From assembly GCA_002495525.1 (NCBI GenBank), contig DAFS01000033.1, positions 12,509 to 76,508 on the forward strand: DNA of 64,000 bases. The letters run 5' to 3'. Source of the stretch: Euryarchaeota archaeon UBA89. Lineage in GTDB: Archaea; Thermoplasmatota; Poseidoniia; Poseidoniales; Thalassarchaeaceae. Below, one piece after another: positions 19,995 to 29,995 of this stretch (position 1 is the stretch's first letter; every line of letters starts with the position of its first letter). The position numbers and the translations under genes were made by a program. Below the pieces are notes generated by a model, which saw only the letters and a list, made by a program, of their open reading frames with translations, was not told the DNA's origin and did not search any database.

Positions 19995-22226
19995 TCAAGC
20001 AGATTCAATTCCTGAATGGACCTCGGAATTACGTCTTACTGACTCAAGTCCACTAGTTAATCTTGCTTCCATCCTATTGTAATAATCCATCATTTCATCT
20101 GTAATTGTAGGACGGACTCTGTTAATTGCTTCTTCAAAGTGCTTTTTAGATACACTTTTCTTCTCTGCTCTCATTGAAATTAAAGCAGCCTCTCTACATA
20201 TGGCTTCAATATCTGCACCGGTGTAATTAATCAGTTGTGGGGCTAAATCTTCAATTTTGAATTTTCCAAGGGGCATTGGCTCAGAATGAATTTTAAGAAT
20301 TGCTCTTATTGAATCTACATCAGGAGGAGGGATGTGGAGCACTCTTTCGAATCTTCCACTTCTTAGTAATGCAGGATCTATCATTTCTGGACGATTAGTA
20401 GCTGCAACAACTATCACACCTTCCATCGATTCAACACCGTCCATTGAACTTAGTAATTGGTTAACAACTCTATTCATCACGTCGGAACCCTCACCAGTAT
20501 TGCTTCTTCTAACTCCTGCAATACTTTCAAATTCGTCTAAGAAGATTATTGAAGGACTTGATTGCTTTGCTTTTTTGAATAATTCTCTAACTGCCTTCTC
20601 AGAATCACCCACCCATTTAGATATTAATTCAGGACCTTTAATCGTGATAAAATTGGCTTTAGCTTCATTAGCAATAGCCTTAGCAATTAGTGTCTTACCT
20701 GTCCCAGGGGCTCCGAAGAGGACAATTCCTCTCGGAGGATTGATACCAAAGTGTTCGAACATCTCAGGCTTAGTTAGAGGCCATTCAATACTTTCCTTTA
20801 ATCTCTCTTTAACCTCTTTTAATCCGCCAACTTGTTCCCAGCTAACTTCAGGAACTTCTAGGAAAATTTCTCTTAGAGCACTTGGCTCAATTTCCTTAAT
20901 TGCTAATTTGAAATCCGACATCCTAACTTCCATTTTCTCGAGTACTTCGGCGGGTATCTGTTCTTCATCTAAGTCGATTTCAGGTAGATATCTTCGAAGA
21001 GCTTTCATTGCCGCCTCTCTAACTAAAGCAGAAATATCTGCTCCTACAAAACCATGAGTGTTATCTAATAACCAATCAATTTCGAAATCGTCACTAATTG
21101 GCATTCCACGAGTATGAATACCGATTATTTCAGCACGTCCATTTTTATCGGGTACACCTATCTCTAATTCACGATCGAACCTTCCCCCACGACGAAGAGC
21201 TGGATCGATTGCATCGGGGCGATTGGTTGCGCCAATTACAATGACATTATCTCTACCTTGCATACCGTCTAGCAAAGTCAATAACTGCGCTACAACTCTT
21301 CTCTCGACTTCCCCGCTAACATCTTCCCTTTTTGGTGCGATAGAGTCCAATTCATCGATAAAAATTATCGCCGGAGAGTTTGCAGCTGCTTCATCAAAAA
21401 TTTCACGTAATTGTTTTTCGCTCTCACCGTAATATTTCGATATTATCTCTGGGCCATTTATAGAAGTAAAGTTGGCTTTGGTTTCGGATGCAACTGCTTT
21501 TGCAATGAGAGTTTTTCCAGTACCAGGAGGACCATGTAATAGAACTCCTCGAGGTGGATCAATTCCTAATCTTCTGAAAAGAATCGGATGCTTCAATGGA
21601 AGTTCTATCATTTCTCTAACTTTCTGTAGTTGCTCTCCTATACCTCCTATGTCTTCATATGAGATGGTGGAAATTGGCTGTCCAGATTCATCTTCTTCAT
21701 CAACCGGCTCCTCTTTAATGATAATTTCAGTATCTGGAAGAACCTGAACAATACCCTTTGGAGTAGTTTGAACAATTTGGAAAGGTAAAGCCTCTGCAAA
21801 TAGAGTCATTCCAGGAATAAAAATTCTATCTCCAGATACTACTGGCCTCTTGTTCAGACCTCTACGAGCAAAACCCTCAATTCCAGGGCCAAAACGTACC
21901 TTCTGTTGTTTAGCCATTACGGGGCTTAGGATTAATTTTTGACAAGGTTGTGTCTCTACTTTACGGATTGAGACTTTATCACCTAGAGAAACACCCGCAT
22001 TTTTCCTGATAATTCCGTCCACTCTGATAATACCAAGGTTTGCATCTTCTGGTCGGCATCGCCAGACAATAGCGGCTGTTTTTTGTTCACCCGTAATTTC
22101 AACAATGTCTCCAGGTTTCAAATTCAAATCATTATCGAAAGGTACTCTGGCACGCCCATGCCCTACGTCACTCGGTATCGCCTTTGCTACTCTAAGTTGT
22201 AAGTCATCTACTTCCTCATTTGACAT
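19995..22226 (-). CDS. cdc48: Cdc48/VAT AAA+ ATPase
   Basis: N domain; two AAA modules (GPPGTGKT / FIDELD / [13 protein letters not shown] and GAPGTGKT / FLDEFE / [10 protein letters not shown]). Confidence 0.97.
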   Translation of the reverse strand: MSNEEVDDLQLRVAKAIPSDVGHGRARVPFDNDLNLKPGDIVEITGEQKTAAIVWRCRPEDANLGIIRVDGIIRKNAGVSLGDKVSIRKVETQPCQKLILSPVMAKQQKVRFGPGIEGFARRGLNKRPVVSGDRIFIPGMTLFAEALPFQIVQTTPKGIVQVLPDTEIIIKEEPVDEEDESGQPISTISYEDIGGIGEQLQKVREMIELPLKHPILFRRLGIDPPRGVLLHGPPGTGKTLIAKAVASETKANFTSINGPEIISKYYGESEKQLREIFDEAAANSPAIIFIDELDSIAPKREDVSGEVERRVVAQLLTLLDGMQGRDNVIVIGATNRPDAIDPALRRGGRFDRELEIGVPDKNGRAEIIGIHTRGMPISDDFEIDWLLDNTHGFVGADISALVREAAMKALRRYLPEIDLDEEQIPAEVLEKMEVRMSDFKLAIKEIEPSALREIFLEVPEVSWEQVGGLKEVKERLKESIEWPLTKPEMFEHFGINPPRGIVLFGAPGTGKTLIAKAIANEAKANFITIKGPELISKWVGDSEKAVRELFKKAKQSSPSIIFLDEFESIAGVRRSNTGEGSDVMNRVVNQLLSSMDGVESMEGVIVVAATNRPEMIDPALLRSGRFERVLHIPPPDVDSIRAILKIHSEPMPLGKFKIEDLAPQLINYTGADIEAICREAALISMRAEKKSVSKKHFEEAINRVRPTITDEMMDYYNRMEARLTSGLESVRRNSEVHSGIESA

Positions 22227-22366
22227 TCCACATCCCTCTGAACAATACTCTGTAGTAATGGGGGGTAGTTAAACCTGTGAACTTGAAGATGTCAAATCAA
22301 TAATCGATTAAATCATCATAATCCTCCATGAGAAGGTTTCTTGATAGAGTAATATTTCGCAGGCAC

Positions 22367-23995
22367 ATGACCAATGTACTCGAAACAGGATTTGAATTCA
22401 TGGAAGCCAATAATCCCAACGGTAGCCCGAAGATTAAGGGATACAATATAATTAATGGACAATTGAAATTATCAAGTGGAGGAGAAACTTTTGAAAGTCT
22501 GAATCCTGCAATACTTTCAGATTGTCTAGGAGAGTTCCCACTTTCTAACAAAGAAGACGTACATGAGGCCCTAGAAGCTGCAAGAAATGCATTTCCTTCA
22601 TGGGCTGCAACACCAGCACCGACAAGAGGACAAATTATTGGAAATATGGGGAGATTACTAATGCAGTACAAAGATGATATTGTAAGAGTTGAAACAAGAG
22701 AGATTGGCAAGACACTAAAAGAAAGTGGCGGCGAAGTTCAGGAAGCAATTGATACATGTTTATTTTTCCAATCCGAAGGTCGTAGATTATACGGACAAAC
22801 TGTTAACTCAGAATTACCTGATAAGGAACTTTTTACTTACAGAAGACCTTTGGGAGTTTGTGGAATAATTAATGCATGTAATTTTCCTTCAGCAGTTCCT
22901 TTTTGGAAAATGATTCCCGCAATAATGTGCGGTAATACCTGTGTATGGAAAAGCCCTCAAGATTCCCCCCTATTATCATTCATGTTAACTAGAATAATGC
23001 ATGAAGCGGGTCTACCTAATGGCGTCATTAATCTGATTCATGGCAAAGGAAGTGGTGCAGGACAGCATCTTGTTGACGCTGTTGATCAAGGATTGGTCAA
23101 TAAAATTAGTTTTACAGGTTCAACTTCAGTAGGAAAAATGATTGGAGAAGTTTGTGGTAGGAACTTAGTATCTGCTAGCCTAGAATTAGGAGGTAAGAAC
23201 CCATTAGTAATAATGCCGAGTGCAAATATGGAGAATGCAGTTGAAGGGGCATATTGGGCAGGCTTTGGTACTGCAGGTCAACGATGTACAAGTCTTGGAA
23301 ATCTAATAATTCATGAAGAAATCTATGATGATTTCATAGAAAAATTAATGGAAAAAGTTAGATCTACTACAATTGGAGATTCAATGGCTCATGAAAATGT
23401 ATTATATGGCCCAATGTTATCTGAAAAGTATGCTAATGATTTCATACGAGATCTAGAATTATGTGAGAAAAGTGGCGCTAGAAAACTTTGGGGCAAGGGA
23501 AGAATTACTTCTAATAATAAGCCGGAAAATTTTCTTGGAAATCCGGAACAGGGAGTTTACATGTGGCCACATGTTTATGCAGATGTTACTGAGCAAATGG
23601 AATGCTTCCATGAAGAAATATTTGGCCCTGCGATTACAATTGTAAAGGCTAAAGATTTCGAACATGCGCTACATCTTGCAAATGCATCACCATACGGATT
23701 ATCGAGTGCAATTTATACTAATGATAGATTAGAAGCATATAGATACAAGTCAGGAATTAAGGCAGGAATGACTGGAATAAATAATTCTACTACTGGTGCT
23801 GAAGCGCATCTTCCTTTTGGTGGAGTGAAAGGTAGTGGGAATGGAACTCGAGAATCAGGAATATGGGTGATTGAATCATATTCATACTGGCACGCAGTAA
23901 ATGACGAATTATCAGGTAAGTTACAACTTGCTCAGATGGATGTAGAAGAAATTGAGTTAATTGAAGAAGAAGTGGATTATTCTACATTGGCTTAA
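22367..23995 (+). CDS. Aldehyde dehydrogenase family protein
   Basis: [26 protein letters not shown] (catalytic Cys), [18 protein letters not shown] 22367 preferred. Confidence 0.95.
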   Translation: MTNVLETGFEFMEANNPNGSPKIKGYNIINGQLKLSSGGETFESLNPAILSDCLGEFPLSNKEDVHEALEAARNAFPSWAATPAPTRGQIIGNMGRLLMQYKDDIVRVETREIGKTLKESGGEVQEAIDTCLFFQSEGRRLYGQTVNSELPDKELFTYRRPLGVCGIINACNFPSAVPFWKMIPAIMCGNTCVWKSPQDSPLLSFMLTRIMHEAGLPNGVINLIHGKGSGAGQHLVDAVDQGLVNKISFTGSTSVGKMIGEVCGRNLVSASLELGGKNPLVIMPSANMENAVEGAYWAGFGTAGQRCTSLGNLIIHEEIYDDFIEKLMEKVRSTTIGDSMAHENVLYGPMLSEKYANDFIRDLELCEKSGARKLWGKGRITSNNKPENFLGNPEQGVYMWPHVYADVTEQMECFHEEIFGPAITIVKAKDFEHALHLANASPYGLSSAIYTNDRLEAYRYKSGIKAGMTGINNSTTGAEAHLPFGGVKGSGNGTRESGIWVIESYSYWHAVNDELSGKLQLAQMDVEEIELIEEEVDYSTLA

Positions 23996-24102
23996 ATCAT
24001 CATTTCTCCACACTCGGGACATGGGAGAGTAGGTAACCAAACTCCAGGCATATGTCCACAATTCGGACAAATTGATGAGGATATATCACTGAAATCGTCC
24101 AT
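23992..24102 (-). CDS. Small CPxCG zinc-finger protein (36 aa)
   Basis: Manual translation [36 protein letters not shown]; two CPxCG motifs; below the ORF-track length cutoff. Confidence 0.75.
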   Translation of the reverse strand: MDDFSDISSSICPNCGHMPGVWLPTLPCPECGEMMI

Positions 24103-24228
24103 TTTAATCAAACATACGAGAAATAACAGGAACTTGAATATTCCGTTAATAAGAAGTGAGTGACTAGGTGAAAAGCAATCACTTATTGGTGTCCTTTCAT
24201 TCGCGAGATGTACTGGTGCCTGCGCTAG

Positions 24229-25026
24229 TTGGTGAGTTCTTTGTCCGATGCTATTAAACTTCCTTTAAGGAAAGGATTTGGAAAAACAGATAGAATTGAC
24301 AAATGGTGGACTAAACCATTTTGGATGGGCTTTGGATTAACTCTAGCTCTTGTGTACACAGCTTTGCGAGTTCTAGTTTGGGATGGAGCAATTCACTATG
24401 ATGAGCACAGAGTAACGTCACCAATCTTTTCACCGGACGTAATACACTTATTTGATCTAAAAACTCCTAATTGGATGAATTCAGCTTTACTGATATTATG
24501 GATTCCATTTGGATTCAGAGGAACCTGTTATTATATGAGAAAAGTCTATCATAGAGTATTTTTCCAAAACCCTACAGCATGTGTAGTTGCAAAACCGGAG
24601 ATAAATTATCGAATAGGATATAAAGGTGAAACAGGACTATTTGTACTAAATAATATACACAGATATATGTTGTATTTAGCAATAATTATTCTTTCAATGA
24701 AAGTTTATGACGTATACCATACAATGTGGTTCAATGGAGGTACCGAATTTGGGATATCTATTGGGACATTAGTACTAGCCACTGAATCAATTCTTCTATT
24801 CATGTATGTGGCTTCTTGTCACGCATTCAGACACCTCTTTGGAGGAGGAATGAATCAATGGAGAGGAGGAGTCTCCGGAATTATGGGTAGATTATACATC
24901 AAAGTTAGTAATCTAAACATTGAACATGCATTCTGGTTTTGGACAAGTCTAGTAATGGTGTTTCTAGGAGATTTGTTTGTTTTGGCTGTTGCAGAAGGAA
25001 TTCTTACAGACATTAGGATAATGTGA
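24229..25026 (+). CDS. Succinate dehydrogenase membrane anchor (mycobacterial Sdh1 / Rv0249c-like)
   Basis: R.DKWW, SPIFSP, P.GFRGTCYYMRK.Y.R.FF, NIHRY, SCHAFRH, H..W.W.SL; first gene of the sdh operon. Confidence 0.85.
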   Translation: MVSSLSDAIKLPLRKGFGKTDRIDKWWTKPFWMGFGLTLALVYTALRVLVWDGAIHYDEHRVTSPIFSPDVIHLFDLKTPNWMNSALLILWIPFGFRGTCYYMRKVYHRVFFQNPTACVVAKPEINYRIGYKGETGLFVLNNIHRYMLYLAIIILSMKVYDVYHTMWFNGGTEFGISIGTLVLATESILLFMYVASCHAFRHLFGGGMNQWRGGVSGIMGRLYIKVSNLNIEHAFWFWTSLVMVFLGDLFVLAVAEGILTDIRIM

Positions 25027-25035
25027 GGTGAAATA

Positions 25036-26862
25036 ATGAGTGAAAAATACATTATTCATGAACATGATGTCGTGATAATTGGAGCAGGAGGTGCTGGTCT
25101 AAGAGCGGCGATAGAAGCTAGTAATTTAGGAGTCAGCGTTGCCATGATATCTAAATCAATGCTAGGAAAAGCGCATACTGTAATGGCAGAAGGAGGCGCA
25201 GCTGCTGCACTAGGTAACAAAGATCCTCGTGATAATTGGCAAACACACTTTCGAGACACGATGAAAGGTGGAAAGTATCTGAATGACTGGAGGATGGCAA
25301 GGATTCATGCTCAACAAGCACCAGATAGGATTAGAGAACTAGAAACTTGGGGGGCAGTATTTGATAGAACTCCTAAAGGTCTAACAAATCAACGAAACTT
25401 TGGAGGACATACTTACCCTCGATTAGCACACATAGGAGACGCCACGGGTCTAGAATTAATCAGAACTCTTCAGGAGAAAGGAGTCCACATGGGTATGGAT
25501 ATATTCATGGAATTCACTGTACGTAAAATGTTCAAGACTGACGGGAAAATATCAGGATGTTTCGCCTATGATAGGAATGACGGAACATTACATGTTTTCA
25601 AAGCAAAAACAATTGTTATGGCAACAGGAGGCGCGACAAGATGTTGGGCTGTTTGTTCTGGTTCATGGGAGTATACTGGGGAAGGGTATGCATTAGCCTA
25701 TTGGGCTGGCGCTGAAATGGGGGATATGGAGTTTATCCAGTTCCATCCTACAGGAATGATTTGGCCCCCCTCTGTAAAAGGAATATTAGTTACTGAGGGC
25801 GTTCGAGGAGAGGGAGGTATGCTGACCAATTCTGAAGGAAAAAGATTCATGTTCGATTACGTACCTGAAATGTATAAAGATGAATTTGCTGATACAGAAG
25901 AAGAGGCTTTGGAGTGGGTTTCCGAGATTGTAGAAGGGAAGCTTGCAACTGTACGTAGACCTCCTGAATTATTGACTAGAGACGTCGTTGCTAAAGCAAT
26001 TAATTCTGAAAGAGATGCTGGTAGAGCCAGTGCTCATGGAGGAGCATATCTAGATATTTCTTGGAGAGAACCAGATCAAGTAAGGAAAAAACTACCTGGA
26101 ATGTATCATCAATTTAAGGAACTAGCAGCAGTTGATATTACAACTGAAAAAATGGAAGTAGGCCCTACTGCCCACTATGTTATGGGGGGAATAAAAGTTC
26201 ACCCAGAAACACAGGAAACCACAGTCCCTAGAATGTTTGCTGCTGGGGAGGCTGCCACAGGACTACATGGTGCCAATAGACTTGGAGGAAATTCGCTTTC
26301 TGATCTTATTGTATTTGGAAAAATTGCTGGAGAGAACGCTGCATTGTTGGCTAAAGATATTGATGAATTTTTACCTATAGACTCTAATGAGATTGAAAAT
26401 GCAATTGAAGAAACATTAGCACCATTGAGCAGAACAGAGGGGGAAAATCCTGCGAAGGTTGTAGAAGATTTAAGAGAAATGATGCAATATAAGGTAGGTA
26501 TAATCAGAACTGAAAAATTGTTGAAAGAAGCATTAAAAGACCTAGAAGATTTAGAAAAACGTGCTCAAAAAACATCCGCTGGAACTAGTCGTATTTACAA
26601 TCCTGGTTGGCATCAGGCACTTGAGATAGATGCTATGATAGATGTAAGTAGAATGTGTACACTTGCCGCATTGTACAGAGAGGAGTCTAGAGGAGGGCAT
26701 ACAAGAGATGATTTCCCAGAACCTGATTACAAATATTGGGGAAAAATAAATACTGTTATTACGAAGAAGGAAGAAATGACAATTGAGCATCGGAGATACC
26801 CCCCTATAGATGAAGAATTGAAAAAATTACTTGATATTGAAGACTTACATGAGGAGGAATAA
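25036..26862 (+). CDS. sdhA: Succinate dehydrogenase/fumarate reductase flavoprotein subunit
   Basis: GAGGAG, KAHTVMAEGG (FAD-His), QFHPTG, TEGVRGEGG, HYVMGG, LHGANRLGGNSL, ESRGGH; GAGGTGA SD. Confidence 0.97.
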   Translation: MSEKYIIHEHDVVIIGAGGAGLRAAIEASNLGVSVAMISKSMLGKAHTVMAEGGAAAALGNKDPRDNWQTHFRDTMKGGKYLNDWRMARIHAQQAPDRIRELETWGAVFDRTPKGLTNQRNFGGHTYPRLAHIGDATGLELIRTLQEKGVHMGMDIFMEFTVRKMFKTDGKISGCFAYDRNDGTLHVFKAKTIVMATGGATRCWAVCSGSWEYTGEGYALAYWAGAEMGDMEFIQFHPTGMIWPPSVKGILVTEGVRGEGGMLTNSEGKRFMFDYVPEMYKDEFADTEEEALEWVSEIVEGKLATVRRPPELLTRDVVAKAINSERDAGRASAHGGAYLDISWREPDQVRKKLPGMYHQFKELAAVDITTEKMEVGPTAHYVMGGIKVHPETQETTVPRMFAAGEAATGLHGANRLGGNSLSDLIVFGKIAGENAALLAKDIDEFLPIDSNEIENAIEETLAPLSRTEGENPAKVVEDLREMMQYKVGIIRTEKLLKEALKDLEDLEKRAQKTSAGTSRIYNPGWHQALEIDAMIDVSRMCTLAALYREESRGGHTRDDFPEPDYKYWGKINTVITKKEEMTIEHRRYPPIDEELKKLLDIEDLHEEE

Positions 26863-26863
26863 A

Positions 26864-27625
26864 ATGAGTGAAGATGTAACATTCAAGATTTTCAGAGGAG
26901 AACCTGACGAAGATGGAGAACCATTCGGAGAAATGATAGACTATACAGTTGAAATGGATGAAGGAATGGTAGTTCTTGATGTAATTCACAGAATTCAAGC
27001 AGAGCATGCCCCTGATCTCTCTTGTAGATGGAATTGTAAAGCAGGAAAATGTGGTTCTTGTTCTGCAGAAGTTAATGGTAAACCACGTCTAATGTGCATG
27101 ACAAGAATGGAAGAAGTAATGGAAGAAACTCCTGATGGAGACCCAGTCCTTGTAAAACCAATGCAAGCATTTCCGTTGACTAAGGACTTAGTTACTGATA
27201 CCTCCTGGGCATATGAGATGAATAAAAAAATGGTTCCTGTAAATGGACCTGACGAATTAGATTGGAAATTTAATCAGAATGAGGCTAATAGAATACAAGA
27301 GTTCAGAGGTTGCATTGAATGTATGTTGTGTGTAAACACATGTCATGTACTTCGAGAACATGAAAAATTCGATGAGTTTGCAGGGCCGAGATTTTTTGTA
27401 CGTTTGGCAGGATTAGAAATGCATCCACTAGATATTGAAAATAGAATTCCTGAAATTAAAGAGGATTTTGGTATAGGCTATTGTAATATCACTCGTTGTT
27501 GCACTGAAGTATGTCCTGCTGGAATTAATATTACTGATAACGCAATAATTCCTCTGAAAGAAAGAGTAGTGACAGAATACTATGATCCAATAGCAATTAT
27601 TGGGAAGAAATTAGGATTAAGATGA
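26864..27625 (+). CDS. sdhB: Succinate dehydrogenase iron-sulfur subunit
   Basis: CKAGKCGSC...C, CIECMLCVNTC, CNITRCCTEVCP; ATG 26864 just after the sdhA stop with a GAGGAGG SD. Confidence 0.96.
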   Translation: MSEDVTFKIFRGEPDEDGEPFGEMIDYTVEMDEGMVVLDVIHRIQAEHAPDLSCRWNCKAGKCGSCSAEVNGKPRLMCMTRMEEVMEETPDGDPVLVKPMQAFPLTKDLVTDTSWAYEMNKKMVPVNGPDELDWKFNQNEANRIQEFRGCIECMLCVNTCHVLREHEKFDEFAGPRFFVRLAGLEMHPLDIENRIPEIKEDFGIGYCNITRCCTEVCPAGINITDNAIIPLKERVVTEYYDPIAIIGKKLGLR

Positions 27626-27629
27626 TTTT

Positions 27630-27662
27630 AACCCTCTCCGAGTAACCCCGGAGAGGGGTTTT
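27630..27662. terminator. GC-rich stem-loop between convergent sdhB and MC1; candidate terminator or RNA 3'-end hairpin
   Basis: AACCCTCTCCG-AGTAACCC-CGGAGAGGGGTT followed by TT. Confidence 0.6.
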
Positions 27663-27687
27663 GTAATTCCGAAAAAAAATAGATTAC

Positions 27688-27951
27688 TCACAATCGAGTA
27701 ATTCCATTTTTCTTTACATTGGCCTTCTTGATTTTATCTGGCAGCCAAGCTGGTCCATTAGCTGGCTTAGCAACAACCTCAGTCCAACCTTCAAAATTAT
27801 GAACACGGTTTGTTCCACGTTCACGCAGTTGGATATCGGTTTCACCACGAGTTGCTGCTTTCAGGGCTGCTCCACGTGGCTGCTTGCTTACGAACACTTG
27901 ACTAGTGTCCTTTCCATTCTTCATCAATACGAAGTATTTTTTGTCTGACAT
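27688..27951 (-). CDS. Non-histone chromosomal protein MC1
   Basis: VF..KQPRGAALKAATRG..I.LRERGT..VH.FEGW...P...P.WLP..I; ATG 27951 preceded by GGTGGAGG. Confidence 0.95.
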   Translation of the reverse strand: MSDKKYFVLMKNGKDTSQVFVSKQPRGAALKAATRGETDIQLRERGTNRVHNFEGWTEVVAKPANGPAWLPDKIKKANVKKNGITRL

Positions 27952-28030
27952 AAAGCAATCCTCCACCACTTCGCCTTTCAAAATAGGATATGAAGGTATT
28001 GTATAAAAAACGTGATACTGCGCCACATTA

Positions 28031-28064
28031 GGGGAAAAACCGAAAAAACCAACTAGGGAAAAAT
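28031..28064 (-). terminator. Archaeal oligo-T terminator candidate downstream of the Lrp-like gene
   Basis: Minus strand reads ATTTTTCCCTAGTTGGTTTTTTCGGTTTTTCCCC, i.e. three T tracts just after the stop. Confidence 0.5.
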
Positions 28065-28067
28065 CAT

Positions 28068-28301
28068 TTACATTTCAGCGCAAGCAAGCGTTTTAGTATT
28101 CAGAACTCCGGGTATTGCGCGTATTGATTCTACTACTAACCGGGCTATATCACCCATATTATCTGCTTCTAATTTAACTATCAAATCATGATCACCAAAA
28201 AGAAGATTTGCATCTGTAACAAAAGATAGAGATGAAGCTGAATTAAACACTTCTACTTCTGAACCCGGTTCGACATTTACTAATACATAACCTACTGACA
28301 T
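28068..28301 (-). CDS. Lrp/AsnC ligand-binding (RAM) domain protein without HTH
   Basis: GYVLVNVEPG.E..V, LFGDHDLIVKLE, IRAIPGVLNTKTL. Confidence 0.92.
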   Translation of the reverse strand: MSVGYVLVNVEPGSEVEVFNSASSLSFVTDANLLFGDHDLIVKLEADNMGDIARLVVESIRAIPGVLNTKTLACAEM

Positions 28302-28399
28302 ATACTAGTCGGAGACGCCTTCACGCATCAAATGTTCGCTTTGATACTCAGAATGTTGAGAAGAAGCATACATATTGGATGCCCTAGTCTCAACATAAT

Positions 28400-29041
28400 A
28401 TGGCAGAGGTCATTATAGTCCGAGAATGTAAATATGGACAGGTGAGAGTATGCTTCGGTAATGTATCTAGGGTTGAAGGAGATATTATGGTACTACCGGC
28501 TAATAATAGACTGGCGGGAAGAGAGGGGTTAGATGAAGTAATGCAATTAGCTGCTGGACCTGAATTGAGAGCTGCCTGTACAGAAATAGCAAAAGAGAAA
28601 CGTAAAACTAATTCTCAACCTTGTGGAGTAGGGGAAGCAGTTACTACTTCTGCATATAGCCTCCCTGCAGAGCATCTCGTACATGTTGTAGGTCCAGATT
28701 GTAGAAGACCTACACAAGACCAATATCGGAGAGAGTTGTTAAAAAAGTCATATGAGTCATTATTTACAGAAGTTGAGAATCTAGAACCTCGAGAAACTTT
28801 GGTTCTACCTCCATTGGGTATGGATGTATTCTCTTATCCACATAGAGAAGGAGCTAGGATGACAATGGAAATAGTATTAGCTTGGATGGATGAAGGAGAA
28901 GATCCAGGTGTTGATATGGTATTAATTGTCACAAATGAACAGAGTTTTCTAAAGAATATGAAAACAGTATATCGTGAAAGTGAAGACCAATTTCCTGGAG
29001 TCGACAGAACCAGAGAATATAGGAAAGGAAAATTCGAATAA
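28400..29041 (+). CDS. Macro domain (ADP-ribose-binding) protein, divergent
   Basis: D..V.PANNRL.G..G.D.....AAG, GEAVTTSAYSLPA..LVHVVGP, P.LG..VFSYP. Confidence 0.85.
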   Translation: MAEVIIVRECKYGQVRVCFGNVSRVEGDIMVLPANNRLAGREGLDEVMQLAAGPELRAACTEIAKEKRKTNSQPCGVGEAVTTSAYSLPAEHLVHVVGPDCRRPTQDQYRRELLKKSYESLFTEVENLEPRETLVLPPLGMDVFSYPHREGARMTMEIVLAWMDEGEDPGVDMVLIVTNEQSFLKNMKTVYRESEDQFPGVDRTREYRKGKFE

Positions 29042-29135
29042 TTAGATAATTGTCACTAGTACAAACCCTCAATAATTGATTAAAATAGCATAAATGATGC
29101 GATGTCCTCAATAACCTTGAGATTACGATAGTAGC

Positions 29136-29777
29136 ATGGGAATAGGAGGAGCATACGAGCGTGAGTTGCGCTCAGTACTCGCAGGTGAAGAAAAAGGAAT
29201 TCGTGCAATAACAAGATCTTGTAGTGAAACCGAACGTGCTCAAGCCATGCAAATTTGTCAACGTCCATTTCTAGTTGTTAGAGCGCCTGGAAGTGGATCA
29301 GAAGGTACGGGAGATCTCTTAGCCTTAAGGGGAGATATGTGTTTCCCTATAGAGGTAAAATCTTCAAAAAAACCTAAACTATATCTTTCCGGTAGAACTG
29401 TTTTACAGTATCAAGCATTAGAAGAAATAGGTGTTAGATGCTCGATTCAACCATTCTATGCTTACAGGTTAAAGGGAGTCAGAGGAGATAGTTGGAGAAT
29501 ATTTAGAGTTAGAACAGAGGGCCTTACAGGAAAACTAAGATTACTTTCTAGAACTGTTCCTGAACTACCTTTAACAAGAAATGGAACACCATATTTAGAT
29601 TGGGAAAAGGGACTCCCTTTGCATAAATTTCTCTCTTTAATTTCTAAGTCTGAAAATGCTAATAATATTCAACCAAGTACTTCACTAAATAAAACTAATT
29701 TTTCAGTAAGTGATTCATCTAAAGTTCAGTATGAATCATCTTCTGAGAGAACTGCATCAAGTCTATCGAACTCTTGA
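29136..29777 (+). CDS. hjc: Archaeal Holliday junction resolvase
   Basis: G.AYERELR, VVRAPGSG, DLLAL, IEVKSS (PD-(D/E)xK nuclease). Confidence 0.9.
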   Translation: MGIGGAYERELRSVLAGEEKGIRAITRSCSETERAQAMQICQRPFLVVRAPGSGSEGTGDLLALRGDMCFPIEVKSSKKPKLYLSGRTVLQYQALEEIGVRCSIQPFYAYRLKGVRGDSWRIFRVRTEGLTGKLRLLSRTVPELPLTRNGTPYLDWEKGLPLHKFLSLISKSENANNIQPSTSLNKTNFSVSDSSKVQYESSSERTASSLSNS

Positions 29778-29914
29778 ATTAGATTTTTCACTTCTTGATT
29801 TAGGTTTGAAAGCCTAGCCTGATTTAATAAACGAAGAATACTATCTCTTTCTCTGCGAATATTATCAAGTTGACGTTTTTCACTCTTAATATCCTCTGAA
29901 CTGCGTTCTACCAT
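29726..29914 (-). CDS. Small hypothetical coiled-coil protein
   Basis: 62 aa from ATG 29914, charged helical sequence; overlaps the low-complexity tail of hjc. Confidence 0.5.
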   Translation of the reverse strand: MVERSSEDIKSEKRQLDNIRRERDSILRLLNQARLSNLNQEVKNLIQEFDRLDAVLSEDDSY

Positions 29915-29995
29915 GTAAATCGGAAAGGGCAATCTTTCAAATCATTTTTGCAATATAGAACACAAGTTGAAGAATGGGAGTGTTGGCGTCCTAAT

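Noticed and set aside
27952-28026. N-terminal extension of the MC1 ORF; similar upstream extensions on sdhB, nuoB, dCMP deaminase, liuB and serS
   Set aside because: Homology and SD sites point to downstream ATGs; the extensions are longest-ORF artefacts.
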